In this document: positions 36,301-48,511 of the stretch, piece after piece
Layout of the letters: each line of letters begins with the position of its first letter
Numbering within the stretch: the stretch's first letter is position 1
Source: Octopus bimaculoides
Lineage: Eukaryota
Assembly: GCF_001194135.2 (NCBI RefSeq)
Contig: NC_069000.1
Span: 7,062,351 to 7,126,350, forward strand
DNA length: 64,000 nt
Direction of reading: 5' to 3'
Notes under the pieces: model-generated
The model's database searches: none
The model's input: the letters and a program-made list of their open reading frames with translations, nothing else
What the model was told of the DNA's origin: nothing
Program-made: the position numbers and the translations under genes

Positions 36301-38061
36301 CTTATCTAAGACCATTCAATAGGGGATGAATCATGTTCCCAGCTGGCAGACTCTATGGACTGAGTCTCCACAGACTTTTCTTTGTTCCCTAAATTGAAAT
36401 ATCCACTAAAAAGCTGCTCACTTCAGACAGGAGAATACAATGAAGTTTACTATGAAAACTGCAAATTATTCCTGAACTGGAGAAAAACAATGCTGGGGGT
36501 GGTAACTGTATCAAGAGGGAAATTGGGTGTATTTTCAGAGGGAGATCTCTCTGGTTAAGTTGTAAGTAAAGCAATTTATTTAACTAAATGAGTCATAGCA
36601 ATATTATATAGCAATACCACAATATATGTAGAATTACTGAACTACAGAAGCTACAAAGCAACACTCTGATGTATATATAATTATTGAAGAAGTTATATAG
36701 CAGTACCTCAAATGTATGTAGAATTACTAAACAGAAGAAACTATATAACAGTGCCTTGACGTATGCAGAATTACTGAAGAGACTATATAATAGTATGATG
36801 ATGTATATAAAATTATTGAAGAAACTATATAGCAATACCTAAATGCAGGATGAGGGTAGGGTTGGTGTGCAAATAGTGCTGGGTGATATGGGTAAGCAGC
36901 ATCCAAACCAAAAGGGGATGTTAACATAGGCCGAATCTCTTCCTCTGGTCTATATGGTTGGAAACCTCTTGGAGGAAGATCATCTCTGCCGTGTGTAGAT
37001 GATGATGATGATAAAGCTGATGATGTAGTCCTGAAAGATAGAAAGAAAAATTACATTTTGTGATGAAAAGTGGGAATTTTGAGTCGATTTTTAAAAATTT
37101 TTTATTATTGTAAAGAAAGATTATTACAAGTGAAACAATGAGGAAACTGAGGGCAAATTAATTAGTAAAAAAAAAAAAAAATTAAATTCCAGAGAAATGA
37201 CAAAAAGCAATCCTAACTTTTTAACCAACCTGTGGGATGGCTGGATGATGCATTCTTTTGCTGTGTCACCATCTCGAGATTGTGATGACAATGGTCGGTG
37301 GTCTCTCTCCTGTTTAATAGTAAGGGGATCATAGAGTGATGAAGATGAGCTTTGCACGGAGTGAGTACGTTCCAAATTCTAAAATAAAACAAGAAGAAAA
37401 AAAATCCATAGAAAGATAGGCTAAAGTGGAAGATATAAGAAGCGTGTGGCATGGTAGGAAGTTGTGTCAAAGACAAACAGGAACGTATTGAGTGTGACAT
37501 TACCTGAGAATGAGCTTCTGAGTGGAGGTGTGTTGGGTGAGCTTGAGTTGGAGCGATTGTCACTACAGGGGGTGGGGTCAAGTATGATGATGATGATGAC
37601 TGGCTTGAATAAACCAATGGAGGAGGACCACGTTTTGGTGTTGAGGATCGGGGACTCACACTTGTTGTTGGAACAGCTTTCACACTGGGACCATCATCTA
37701 CAAGAGGAACAAAGCAAAATATTCAAAATTCAATTTTCCTTTTACAATATGAAACTCATTTCAATTTATGAAAAATCCAACCCTACCACATCATTATTAC
37801 ACACACACATTTATACATTCATTCACTTGTTTGTTAAACATCTGTTTCCCTATGCTAATACAGGATGAACAGGAGTTTTCTATGAGGGGGGAGTTTTTAA
37901 CCAAATGCCCTTCCTATAACCAACTGTTCTGTTTATCAAGGGCTCCTTTTTTTTTATTTTTCATTCCACAGATCTTCAGCAGTGCAGAGTGACCAGAAAG
38001 TAAACATCATGACCTTTTCACTCAGATGCGTATATATGCAGTATATATAAGTATGTGTATG

Positions 38062-38121
<60 letters not shown>

Positions 38122-39756
38122 CAAGCTACTTGGGAACATTTAAAGATTATCCAAAGGTTTTCCATACAGTTTTCATCAATCCAATTTTACACCCAACACA
38201 CAGGTCAATCTGAGACTGTGATAGATGACAGTCCCAACATACTAGGTGACTCAAGGCTATGAAAGAAGACACCTGTCCAATGTGCTACTGCTGAAACAAC
38301 TTGATCACTAAGTGAACTTGTTAACTATACATCAACACCAGCAGTGAATCTTTCAATTCTGAAAATAAATTGGTGCATGTTAAAAATAGTCAGGGACTGG
38401 AACATGAACACCATCACAGTAGAGAAAATAACAAAGTGTTTGTTCAATAGAACCACGACAGAATTACAGCTGGAGTGTTTCGCTTGAGTGAAGCTGAAAC
38501 CACATGGTTTTAGGTTCAATCCTACTGTGTGGCACCATGGGCAAGTGTCTTCTATAATAACCTCAGGCTGACCAAAGCCTTGTGACTGAATTTGGTAGAT
38601 AGAAACTGCAAGAAGCCCATCATATCAATGTATGTATGTGTCTGCTTGCCTCCCCACTCCTGCAAACACTCGATAACTGGTGATGGTTTGTTTATATCCT
38701 CATAACTTACTGTTCAGCAAAAGACACTAATAGAGTAAGTAAGAGACTTAAAAAGAAAGGAAAGTACCGAGGCTGATCTGTTTGATTAAAACTTTCCAAA
38801 GAGGTGCCCAGCAGGGCTGCAGTCCAATGACTGAACAAATAAGATGCTTCAGGTCCGTCCTTATTGGGTACACCTTGGCTCAAAGTCATTCCAACTATGA
38901 CCACTTCCACCTTTTCTGTATTTGGACAACACTGTCCAATGTTCCTTTGCTTTTTTTTTTTTTTTTTTTGAAAGCCCCAAAACAGTTGGATATATTTGAA
39001 AGAATTTACTCGCTATTTCTAGCAGGTGGACATAACAGAAGCTTCCTAGTTAGTTTTATAAACCTTTGTAGAACCAATAGATTTACTACAACAACCACCA
39101 CCACTACTATACCCATAAGGTTTTCTTACAGGTACAAAGCATACATTTATGGGAAGGATGAGATGGAGTGACAGAGAAGTGCAATTCATGAAATCAACGC
39201 CATTACTTCCCTGGTATTATCTTATTCTTCTTGGGACCCAGTCCCACAAAGAGTAATGGGCAAACTCAATTCCAGCAGGGTGAGAACCCAAGCTATAAAG
39301 GGTCACAACCCAAAACAGTAAGCCACCATTATCCAAACATGTGTCATGTATTGCTGCCATACATAGAACATGTTTGTTACCTGTTCTCAAGATCAGAATC
39401 CCCACTGAACAGACTGTGAAGGAATAGATCAGTTCTAGTCTAATAAGAGGTTAATTAAACTATCAAATGGCCTTGATCAGATGAAACTCATTTTTTAAAT
39501 GTCATTTTCCTATAATATCTCTTATTGCCGACATTCACAGTCGACACTACGGTTATTTTAGAGCTAGCTTAATAATTCCACAGTAACGCACAAATGTAAC
39601 AAAAACACTTGAAGACCTGATTAAAGGTTAACATAATTACAATTGACTAAAGGTTAACAGTTATCACAAATCAGAACTGACTAAAAGTTAATAGTCAAAT
39701 CAAAGTGTAATAAATAAAGAATTAAAATTGGTCATAAATACATACACATACTCACT

Positions 39757-39790
<34 letters not shown>

Positions 39791-41471
39791 TACACACACA
39801 CAATGTTAAAATGGAACATGGAATGAGAATATATTAAAACAAGACTAAAATGAAAGTAATTATTGGTTGTCAGGTTATGTCTGCAATTTCTCAGAATTCC
39901 ACAAATTTTGGCTGCAACAAGATAAAAACAACAAAAGGAACATTAAAAAGCAGACAGTCTAAGACATCAGTGAAAGAGCCAAATGAGAGCGGGAGAGAGA
40001 GAGCAAGAGAGAGAGATCGGGAGAGAGAGAGCAAGAGAGAGAGAGCGGGAGAGAGAGAGCAAGAGAGAGAGAGCGGGAGAGAGAGAGCAAGAGAGAGAGA
40101 GACTAATGAGGTAGGGGTGGAGTGATAAGCTCATATTGAGATTAACCTCCAGCCCCACACCCTATGAAAAGCATGAACATCATATATTTACCCTAGATTT
40201 ATGTCTTGTGTGAGGAATATTTAAAAATTCATGAAGAAATCTCATTGAAACAAAAAATTGTTTAAAATTTTCATTTGTGAAAATAACTGTAAAAAATTAA
40301 AGTGTTTTAAAATTGCCAAATATTCTGGAAATTTAAAACCTTTTAAATTAACACCTTTGAAACGGACAATCACCTCTGATAGTCCAGATTCGAGTTATTT
40401 ATATTAATTAATTTACTTAATAGAAATATATTTAATTATGGTATATTATATCATAATAATATATTTAATTAAGCATGAAAGTGTTGATAGCTTTTATTTG
40501 ATGTTTTATCTTCACATTAATTAGAAGTGACATTATTGTGTTATTGCTATCGTTCAGCCATAGGTCAGAATGACAGGACTGGTGGAAGAAAATGGAAATG
40601 TTTAGAAATTTGATGATCCAGAGACAGCATCTGCATGAAAAATAACAGTTAAGTTAACAATAACATATTTAATACAGGGGACTGTCAAAGAAAAAAAAGA
40701 TCAGGCATGGCTGTGTAGTAAGAAGTTTGTCTCAACCACATCGTTCTGGGTTCAGTCCCACTGCATGGCAGCTTGTGTAAGTGTCTTCTTCGATGGCCTC
40801 AGGCTGACCAAAGCCTTGTAAGTGGATTTGGTACAGGGAAACCAACAGAAGCCTGTTTTATACACACACACACACACACAATATAATTACTACCTCAAAA
40901 TTTACACCAAGTTTCATAATCATCATTATATAATGTATATATGTGTGTGTGTGTATGTGTGTGTGTGTGTGTGTGTGTGTATACATATATATATATATAT
41001 ATGCTGAAATATATTCAGTCATGGACATAATATTGTTTCTAATTTAAGCCCTAGGCTAGCAGTCTTGAAAGGAGGGAGCTAGTTGATAGCATTAGGCTTC
41101 AGTACTTAAATGGCACTTTATTTTATGAAACCCAGTGAAACACAAAGGTGACATTTGTGTGATTTGAACCCAAAACATACACAACTGGAAGAAATACTCA
41201 AGGAATTTTGTTTAACATTCTAACAATTCCATCAATCCACTCTCCCGCAGCCTTGGTATAATAATTCTTTCTACTTGAGCAACGAGGCCTGAAACTTGTG
41301 GGGTGGAGCAAGACGATTACATCCGCCCCAGTGCTCAACCTGTACTTACTTATTTTATTGACTCTGCAAACACAAAAGGCAAAGTTGACCTCAGCAGAAC
41401 TTGAGCATAGACAGATGAAATGCTGCTAAGCATTTTGTCTGATGCAATAAGGATTCTGCCAGCTCACTGTC

Positions 41472-41509
<38 letters not shown>

Positions 41510-42583
41510 CCTTTCTACTATAGGTACAAGGCTGGGAATTTTTTTTTGGGGGGGGGGGGCAGTCGATCACATTTACCCCAGTGCATAACTGGTACTTATT
41601 TCATCAACCCCGAAAGCATGAAAGGCAAATTCGACCTCAGTGAAATTTGAACTCAAAATATAATGACAAGTGAAATACTGCTTAGCATTTGGTCCAGTGT
41701 GCTAACGATTCTGCCAGCTTGACACCTAATTAATAACAATAGTAGTAGTTGTAATAGTAGTAGTTGTAATAGTAGTTGTAATTGTAGATCCATGTGAACT
41801 ATGTTTTGTTATAATAATATTTGTAATAACAGTAGTCTGCTGCATGTGAATTATGACCCGGATATCATTAATTAAATGTAAATAACATCAAGATAAGAAC
41901 AATTTGCAGTGCACCGAGAAAGAGAAAAGAAAAAAGACGAAGAAAAATTATTTTGTGAGTGAATAATAATAATAATAATAATAATAAATAGTGTTTGGAT
42001 TGAGACAGTTAATTAGTTTGAAATGTATTCATATTCTTCTGAAATAAATAAATAAATGTCATATGAAGTAATATATTAATTTTCTTGAAAAATGATAACA
42101 GAGAAGAAGAAGAAAAATTGGTGAAATATATGAAGTAGAGAAATGCTAAGAGGACTGTTGACATTTGGCAGTCACAGCTGGGACAGGCAGGCATTAATAG
42201 AATAGGTCAGAGAGGAAAGAGTAGGCAGTAATGTGGCATTCCTGAAATACAAACAACATCAACAACAATAGAAAGTAAATAAATATAACCAGGGAGATGG
42301 GGCGGGGGGGGGATGTGGGGAGTTAGAGAAGAGAGAGAGATTTAATGGATATGTAAACCTCTTTCACCAAACAGGGATCTCTCTATATAAAGGTGATAAG
42401 AGGGTAAAATGAGGAGTGGAGAATATGATAGTTGTGANNNNNNNNNNCTTTTCGTCCTTCTCTGTTGAAGAGTGTAGGCTCGAAATGTCAAAGACTTTTC
42501 CATTCTTCCTGAGCATCAAAACTAATGCACCTGCTTGTTGTTCTTTCAGCTGCCTTCGTTTTCTGGCTTTTGTTTTCTGTAAA

Positions 42584-42618
<35 letters not shown>

Positions 42619-42992
42619 TGTGTGTGTTCTACCTGTTTCAGTCATTTGTCTGCAGCCATGCTGGAGCACTGCCTTAAGGGATTTTAGCCAGAAAAATCAA
42701 CCTCAGGACTTATTTTTTAAGCCTAGCACTTACTCTATCATTTTTTTCTTTTTTGCCAAACCACTAAGTTACGGGGATGTAAACACACCAACACCGGTTG
42801 TCAAGCAGTGATGGGGGGGACAAACACAGACACAAGGACACACACATATATGCAATGGGCTTCTTTCAGTTTCCGTCTACCAAATCAACCTGAGGCTATA
42901 GTAGTAGACACTTGCCTAAGTGCCACGCTGTGAGACTGAACCTGGAACCATGTAGCTGGGAAGCAAGCTTTTTACCATACAATCATACCTGC

Positions 42993-43031
<39 letters not shown>

Positions 43032-43181
43032 GAGAAAGAGAACATGGAGCCAGTACTGAAATGAAGATTGGATTAGGAATAATGAACGCAGATCTTGGAC
43101 GTCCATCAGCAACCAGGTCACAACTGGATAAAAGACGCATATGAAATATAACAAAGAAATCATTATTAAAATTTCAAACAA

Positions 43182-43229
<48 letters not shown>

Positions 43230-44018
43230 AGAAAAAAGAGGCCTGTAAATGATAATTGTTAATTAATGTTTCAGAATTGTAGAGTTGTGTAGCAAGTGGC
43301 TTGATCCAATAGCGTTGAAATAGACAATGAAATTACATCATAGAAGAACCAGTTTAACCATTTTGAAAATACACACATGTAAAGAGAAAACAAAACAAAA
43401 AAAACTTCTGTTCACTTTACATGTATTTCTTGGAGTATTCATATTTTTGTCCAGACCTGGTCACTGATGAGAGCCAGTCACAGGGATGCAAGAAAAATAT
43501 TGACGCCTCAGTTTACAAGGCATTTTTTTTATTTTCTAAATAGTTAAAATGATTGTTCCATGATATAACTGCTGATAATTAATAATAACAAACAATCAAA
43601 TAAATGAGTACAAAAGAACTGGGATTAACGAAGAAAGAAGCCATGTCTCACATAGGGAATGGTAGAGGAGAAGGAGGAGGAGGAAATGTCAAAAGATTGA
43701 CGGGAATGATGATTAGCAGTGACAAGAGTGATGGGTAAAAACACAATTAGCAATAACAAGAATGATGCGGTGAAGACATGCACAAGGAGGTGCAATTACC
43801 TGGATCTTTGGCTTGGTTAGCCAATTTCCTTAGTGCAGCTGCAAAACTAGATGTACGTGTGGCATTCAGGGCAGCATTGCCACTGATCGAGGTCACACTG
43901 TTGCTAGGCGATGATGATACCTGACTGAGGGGCTGCACAGTTGCTGTATTTCGGGTCACTTTGGATGCACCTGAGTTGACCATGGTGAGGGGTGGGGGCT
44001 TGGCACCCTGGGGGAGTC
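23579..44018 (-). CDS. GSE1: Genetic suppressor element 1-like coiled-coil protein gene, 14 coding exons
   Basis: Exons 44018-43800, 37697-37504, 37378-37230, 37030-36839, 35101-34889, 33731-33466, 32798-32515, 31797-30984, 28126-27908, 27572-27417, 26578-26159, 25510-25283, 24604-24501, 23677-23579. Phases are consistent and total 3557 nt. Motifs SSFAAALRKLA, STPKRGPP, PPVVTIAPT, HPAFR, an RE-rich tract, SDSEEDEE...PPLALDKS..MRYLKSMGLTT, RKRR..REGSLSP, FAQEFHESVL, WPGIETI and a C-terminal coiled coil match recalled GSE1 motifs. ATG at 43983 is in an ACCATGG Kozak context. Confidence 0.92.
23745..24090 (-). mobile_element. 3' end of an L1/Tx1-like LINE
   Basis: The minus strand ends ttgtggccAATAAAaggaa followed by (ATC)n. 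GC-richer unique body upstream. Confidence 0.5.
24501..24604 (-). CDS. GSE1: GSE1-like exon, C-terminal coiled coil
   Basis: tgcag acceptor, gtaagt donor; QRLERHILNDRCQKLKTDNIDLNRTAEKLSRKVS. Confidence 0.88.
25283..25510 (-). CDS. GSE1: GSE1-like exon
   Basis: gtcag acceptor, gtaaat donor; ...FKWPGIETILGTYQRYLE. Confidence 0.88.
26159..26578 (-). CDS. GSE1: GSE1-like exon with a poly-S tract
   Basis: ttcag acceptor, gtaatg donor; ...RRLKEKFAQEFHESVL. Confidence 0.88.
27417..27572 (-). CDS. GSE1: GSE1-like exon with a poly-Q tract
   Basis: cacag acceptor, gtaaat donor; YEAIRQACEEEKARRL...PQQQQQQQQP. Confidence 0.85.
27908..28126 (-). CDS. GSE1: GSE1-like exon
   Basis: ctag acceptor (alternative tag 6 nt downstream), gtacga donor; RYRKRRHMFREGSLSP...KCRYLHSFLLTPLT. 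Confidence 0.87.
30404..30648. repeat. 22-bp minisatellite, about 11 copies
   Basis: Unit taccatga(c/t)tgatctgcaggg(g/a). Confidence 0.92.
30984..31797 (-). CDS. GSE1: GSE1-like largest exon (814 nt)
   Basis: ttcag acceptor, gtaagc donor. Open for 271 codons (NDFTIPRL...GLFRPYD...SDSEEDEE...MRYLKSMGLTTHSRRR). The ORF track only caught its last part. Confidence 0.88.
32515..32798 (-). CDS. GSE1: GSE1-like exon
   Basis: ctcag acceptor, gtaaac donor; SITQGTPRDLLYVERL...HHSYLTK. Confidence 0.84.
33466..33731 (-). CDS. GSE1: GSE1-like exon, RE-rich coiled coil
   Basis: tctag acceptor, gttggt donor; DREIEREKERERELERQKE... Confidence 0.87.
34889..35101 (-). CDS. GSE1: GSE1-like exon
   Basis: tccag acceptor, gtcggt donor; RIDDPLVLERCRLMHP...SRYPTDLL. 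Confidence 0.86.
35507..35557. repeat. 17-bp tandem repeat, 3 copies
   Basis: gtgcatctgactgcagt. Confidence 0.9.
35640..36560 (+). mobile_element. decayed mariner (Tc1/mariner DD34D-type) transposase remnant
   Basis: EQHICVKFCFK at the start, an HHNN (HDNA-like) motif near 36270 and DFSLFPKLK near 36375; many stops and frameshifts. Confidence 0.75.
36590..36840. repeat. degenerate minisatellite of about 45 bp abutting a GSE1 donor
   Basis: Recurring (g)aattactgaa, ctatatag and caatacc segments. Confidence 0.75.
36839..37030 (-). CDS. GSE1: GSE1-like exon
   Basis: ttcag acceptor, gtattg donor; RGFQPYRPEEEIR...FGLDAAYPYHP...PHPAFR. Confidence 0.88.
37230..37378 (-). CDS. GSE1: GSE1-like exon
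   Basis: tttag acceptor, gttggt donor; NLERTHSV...IKQERDHR. Confidence 0.83.
37504..37697 (-). CDS. GSE1: GSE1-like exon
   Basis: tgtag acceptor, gtaatg donor; SSTPKRGPPP...PPVVTIAPTQ. Confidence 0.88.
39990..40102. repeat. compound GA-rich tandem repeat
   Basis: gcgggagagagagagcaagagagagaga units. Confidence 0.85.
43183..43227 (+). repeat. 45-nt poly(A) tract
   Basis: Directly visible. Confidence 0.95.
43800..44018 (-). CDS. GSE1: GSE1-like exon (GLPQGAKPPPLTMVNSG...SSFAAALRKLANQAKDP)
   Basis: ttttcag acceptor, gtaatt donor, phase 1-1; contains the Kozak ATG at 43983. Confidence 0.9.
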
Positions 44019-44136
44019 CTGAAAAGAAACCAGTCATGATCATACATCCTAAATAGTGAAAGACAACAAGTTTAAGGACCAGCAAGCTTCAGTATGTTGG
44101 GGGGGGGGGAGATTATAGGGATTTCTGATCAATCCT

Positions 44137-44354
44137 TTAACCCTTTAGCATTTAAACAGGCCCATATATTTTACGTGCTTTATGTTCAAACTGGCCAGAT
44201 CTGGCAAGTCACAATACCAAAAAATGTCATTCTAAGAATAAGCAATCATATCATCAAAACCTCAAAGCTACAAAGACAATGCATGATTAATTCAAAATAA
44301 TGTGAATAAACAAGCATTATTTTTGGTAGAGCAATATGAACACTAAAGGGTTAA
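44137..44354. mobile_element. piggyBac-type MITE (same family as 13185-13588)
   Basis: TTAA-CCCTTTAGCAT...CACTAAAGGG-TTAA. Another copy at 45223-45454. Confidence 0.78.
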
Positions 44355-46029
44355 ACAACTGTTGGTATCCTATTGATAATTAACACTAATTATTGATGTT
44401 AATTGAAACAATATCTTAAGAAAATATTTAGTTTTAATGAAACTAGGAAATTGTTTCCTGCTGTCAGCTTTAAATATGTCCCAACTAACTGTACAAGGAA
44501 GTGAATTAAGACAGACTTTTCTGAATTCTAGAAATACCAATGGTAAGTGTGTGCATACACATACATACACACATTTTCAAAGAAAATTATAAAACAAAGA
44601 AAAATTTTAAACCCAAAATCAGATAAATTAGAATAAAACGCAAGAAAAGTGGGGAAACTGGACTAATGAAAAAGAGATAGAATTATATTTCAAACAAAAT
44701 TTTATTGAAGACTTTTTTTTATTGGAAGACTTTTTGAGTTGATGGAATCAGACAGGTAAAACAGGAAGATCAAAACTACTTGAAAAGAAATGGTGAAAGA
44801 ATGATTTAAACCAGAGAATGGTCCACATCTTAATACGTGAATCTATTTGATTACAACATGTCTTTTAGTTTCACACTTTGTGAATTTCGAACAATAAAGG
44901 ACAGAAAACTACTCAACCACTGATACACCAAAGTAAAAGAAATTGCCATCTGCATTTCTTGTTATTAAAAGACATTAAAATGGATAACTAAGTTGTGATG
45001 CATACACACACACACACACACACTTTGTAACACGAGGTAACTACAACATGGTTGCGTGACCAGAAATCACTTACAGATCATACCTTACTGTTTTGGATAA
45101 TGTAGTCCTAGATACATTATGTCTAACTAGAAGATGGATAATCATTGCTAAAATGCCTGTATCAGGAGCTAAGCAACAGCAACAGTGACAAAACTTCATG
45201 GGTAACCCTAATAGTAAGATAGTTAGCCCTTTAGCAGCTAAAACCAGCCACATCTGGCCCAAATATTCTATCTGTATTATGATCAAACTGACCAGATTCA
45301 GTTTCTCACACCAACCTTATAATCTCATTTTAAAAGTTTAAAAAAATCACATCACTGAAATCTCAAAGCTATGAGATAATGCAAGATTAATTCAAAACAA
45401 TGTGAATAAATATGTGTTACATTTGACAGAGTAATCTGAATACTAAAGAGTTAATAATGGTTCCAGACTTTGGAACAAGGCCAGCAATTATGGGAGAGGA
45501 TGGAAGCCAATTACATAAATGCCAGTGCTCAACTGGTACTTATTTTATCGACCCTAAACTCAAAAACACAAATTAATGATTCTTCTCAGAACAAATCTAG
45601 AGTGGAGCTTTGAAAAAACTCAATTATTAATTATCAACTTCCACCAAGAGATGTTAATGCTTAAGATTACAAAATCAACATGAATGTCATATCTGGCCTC
45701 TTAACAGCCTGGGGCCAGAGTTTATTCTGTTGTTACAAGCAACCACACACCTCAGCTGTATTCATGCAAGGTTTTAAACAATCTCCATTTGAGAGAGGGG
45801 CCTACAGAGGTCTGGGTAACTCTCCTGCCTTCTCTCACCTCACTAACTCTCTCTAAATGTGTGTTTGTGTGTGTGTGTGCGCATACATGTGGATTGAACC
45901 CTCCACTGATCCTGCAGGAAGAACCTTCACTAATATCGACAGAACAGTGAAACAATTTTAAATGTTAGGGTCTTATATAAAAAGAAGACCTGAATCTTTG
46001 TGATGATTCCCTAAATCAGAAGCTGATAG

Positions 46030-46225
46030 CAAACCCCATCCAGTCTATGTTACCATAGCAACATATCAGATGTGATCAACATCCAGTCCATGTTCCCATG
46101 GTAACCTATCAGATAAATATAACTAACATCCAGTCAGATAAATGCAAACCCCTTCCAGTCTATGTTGCCATGACAACCTATCAGATGTGATCAGTGTACA
46201 GTCTTTGTTACTATGACAACAGTTT
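46030..46225. repeat. degenerate minisatellite, 4 units, each with an X-box-like palindrome
   Basis: Unit ccagtctatGTTRCCATRRYAACmtatcaga. Confidence 0.85.
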
Positions 46226-48468
46226 ATATGATCTAATGGAAATCAATAGATCTATTTTAAATATTCATGATCAAGAGAGATGTAGTGACCATCACACCAT
46301 AATCTGTGATCAGGTTTGTGTATATCTGGGACGAATACATTAACATGTCCACTTTTTAACATGAGTAGTATGTGATTTAAGGGAGATCTAGCCATTATTT
46401 CTAGCAAGCCAAGCTATACTTAAGGACTCAGACAAAATGGTTCTTGTGCAGAATGAGATTTATTCTAACGAGGTTACATAATAAAGACATTCTTCAATTA
46501 GCTGTGACTGTGGTGTGGTGGGTTAGACAGGTGGAAAAAAAGCACAATTTCAACATCCTTGGGTCTTCAAGTTAATAAATGATCTTTAGTGACTTCCTTG
46601 ATGGACACTATGTGCAGAAAGAATTTTCAGGTAGGGTTGTGGTGGTTAGAAATTTCCTTTCCAACCACATGTTTATGGGTTCAGCCCCACAGTATGACAC
46701 CTTGGTCAAGTGTCTTCTACTATAGCTCCAGACCGACTGTCTTACTAAAAGATGAAAGGAAGGATTTAATCTGCGAATGTAAATAGCCCAAACAAATGTC
46801 AGAAGATTCACCATCTTAACTCTTTTGATATCAACTTGTCTGAAATTGGCCCTAGTTCAAGAATAAAAGCCCCTTGTTTTGAAATGGTCTTAAAAATCTT
46901 TCAGCGAAATCAGATGTTAATTCAAGTTCTAAACACCCATTTAATAACAACAATGTTATCTAATATTAAATTCTTTACTTTCAAAATTAACGAACTGGAA
47001 GCAGTGTATTTCAACAAAAATAGGGTAAGAAAGGGGTTAAACTCAACTAACCAAGGTTCTTGGACTACAACATTATTTCTTGGGTTTTGATAATTGTCAG
47101 ATTCTATAACAGCGCTAGCTCAGAAAAATATCCTTTCCTCATTGGCCACAAGAGCTGCTAGGTTAGGAAAAAAATACCAAGAATGAAAGTAAAAGAGCTT
47201 CCAGGATTAATGTTAATGAAGAAATAGAAGGGAAAACAACTAAAATCAGACTGATAAATATTACCAGGAGAATAACAAAATCATTTAGTTGTTGTTTAGA
47301 ATCCTGACTAATCAAAAATATTCCAGCATGACCCACTCTGCTTGTTTTTCAAAGATTGCATATACAGGATCACATTATTCAATGTGTTGCTCGCTTTTCA
47401 AGACAAAAGTGTAACTTAAGGGAGATTTGGCTGCTATGTCTATCAGATGAGTGAGATAATAGAGGCTCACATATTATGACTTGATGGTATTGAATATTCA
47501 TTAATGATACTGAATATTGGCTAATTAATAATTAGAATATCAATTAATGGTAATGAAGGAATTTTGTTTGTGACTTGGTGTTGAATGAAACAACAAACAA
47601 AAGCGAAATGAAATTTAGGATATTAGTTGGGTAATGTTTTTGTTTTAGTTCCGGTGATACAGAAACACATTCCAACCATGACCATTCTGTCTTATTTCAG
47701 CTAATATATCCTTCCCTTTAATATAGTAGAGTGTTATATGAGGGAGAATTGGGTACTATGTTTTTTTTAGCAAATCAAGCAACCACAAAGAATCCTTGTG
47801 ATAGACTCAGTTATTAAAGGGTAGTCATGAGAGGAGAGACACAGAATTTTGTCTCAGTTATAATTAAAAAATTTAATGATAGCGAGAATAGTTTGTAGGA
47901 GAGATTAAAAAGATAGATAGATGGAGAGAGAGAGAGAGAGAGAGAGATACAAACAGAAATATATACACATATATACCTGTAAACACACAGAGGGAGAGAG
48001 AGTAAGTGTGATAAAAGCAGAGACACAGAAAGAGAGTATAAATAAATTGAAGCCATGGAGTAGACATCACTATATTCCATTCAATATTGAAATAGTTTAT
48101 GAAGAAGAAAAAAAGCTGGGGGTGGGAGGAGGGGTTTATTCACTGGATGAAATGTGTGTGCATGTGTATGGCAACAATTGTGGTAATAATTATGTATGTA
48201 AGAGAGAGTGTGTGTATGTGTGTGTGGTAATGCTGTGCAGCTGTGTATGATAAACTCTGTTCCAACATTAAAACTATTTCTATGACTGTTGCTCAACTTT
48301 TACTTCAAAACAAAGAATTAAGGGACTGCACAGGTTATCACTATAAACAACAAGAACAATGTGTTTGTTTGTGTGAGAATATGTAGTTCGGAGGGAGGGA
48401 TGGATGGATGACTATGTAGATAGATGGATAGGTAGATAGATAGGTAGGTAGACAGATAAGTGGAGAGG

Positions 48469-48511
<43 letters not shown>

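Noticed and set aside
43464-43500. CTGATGA at 43464 (also at 33931) as a hammerhead core
   Set aside because: No stem II closing onto GAAA downstream
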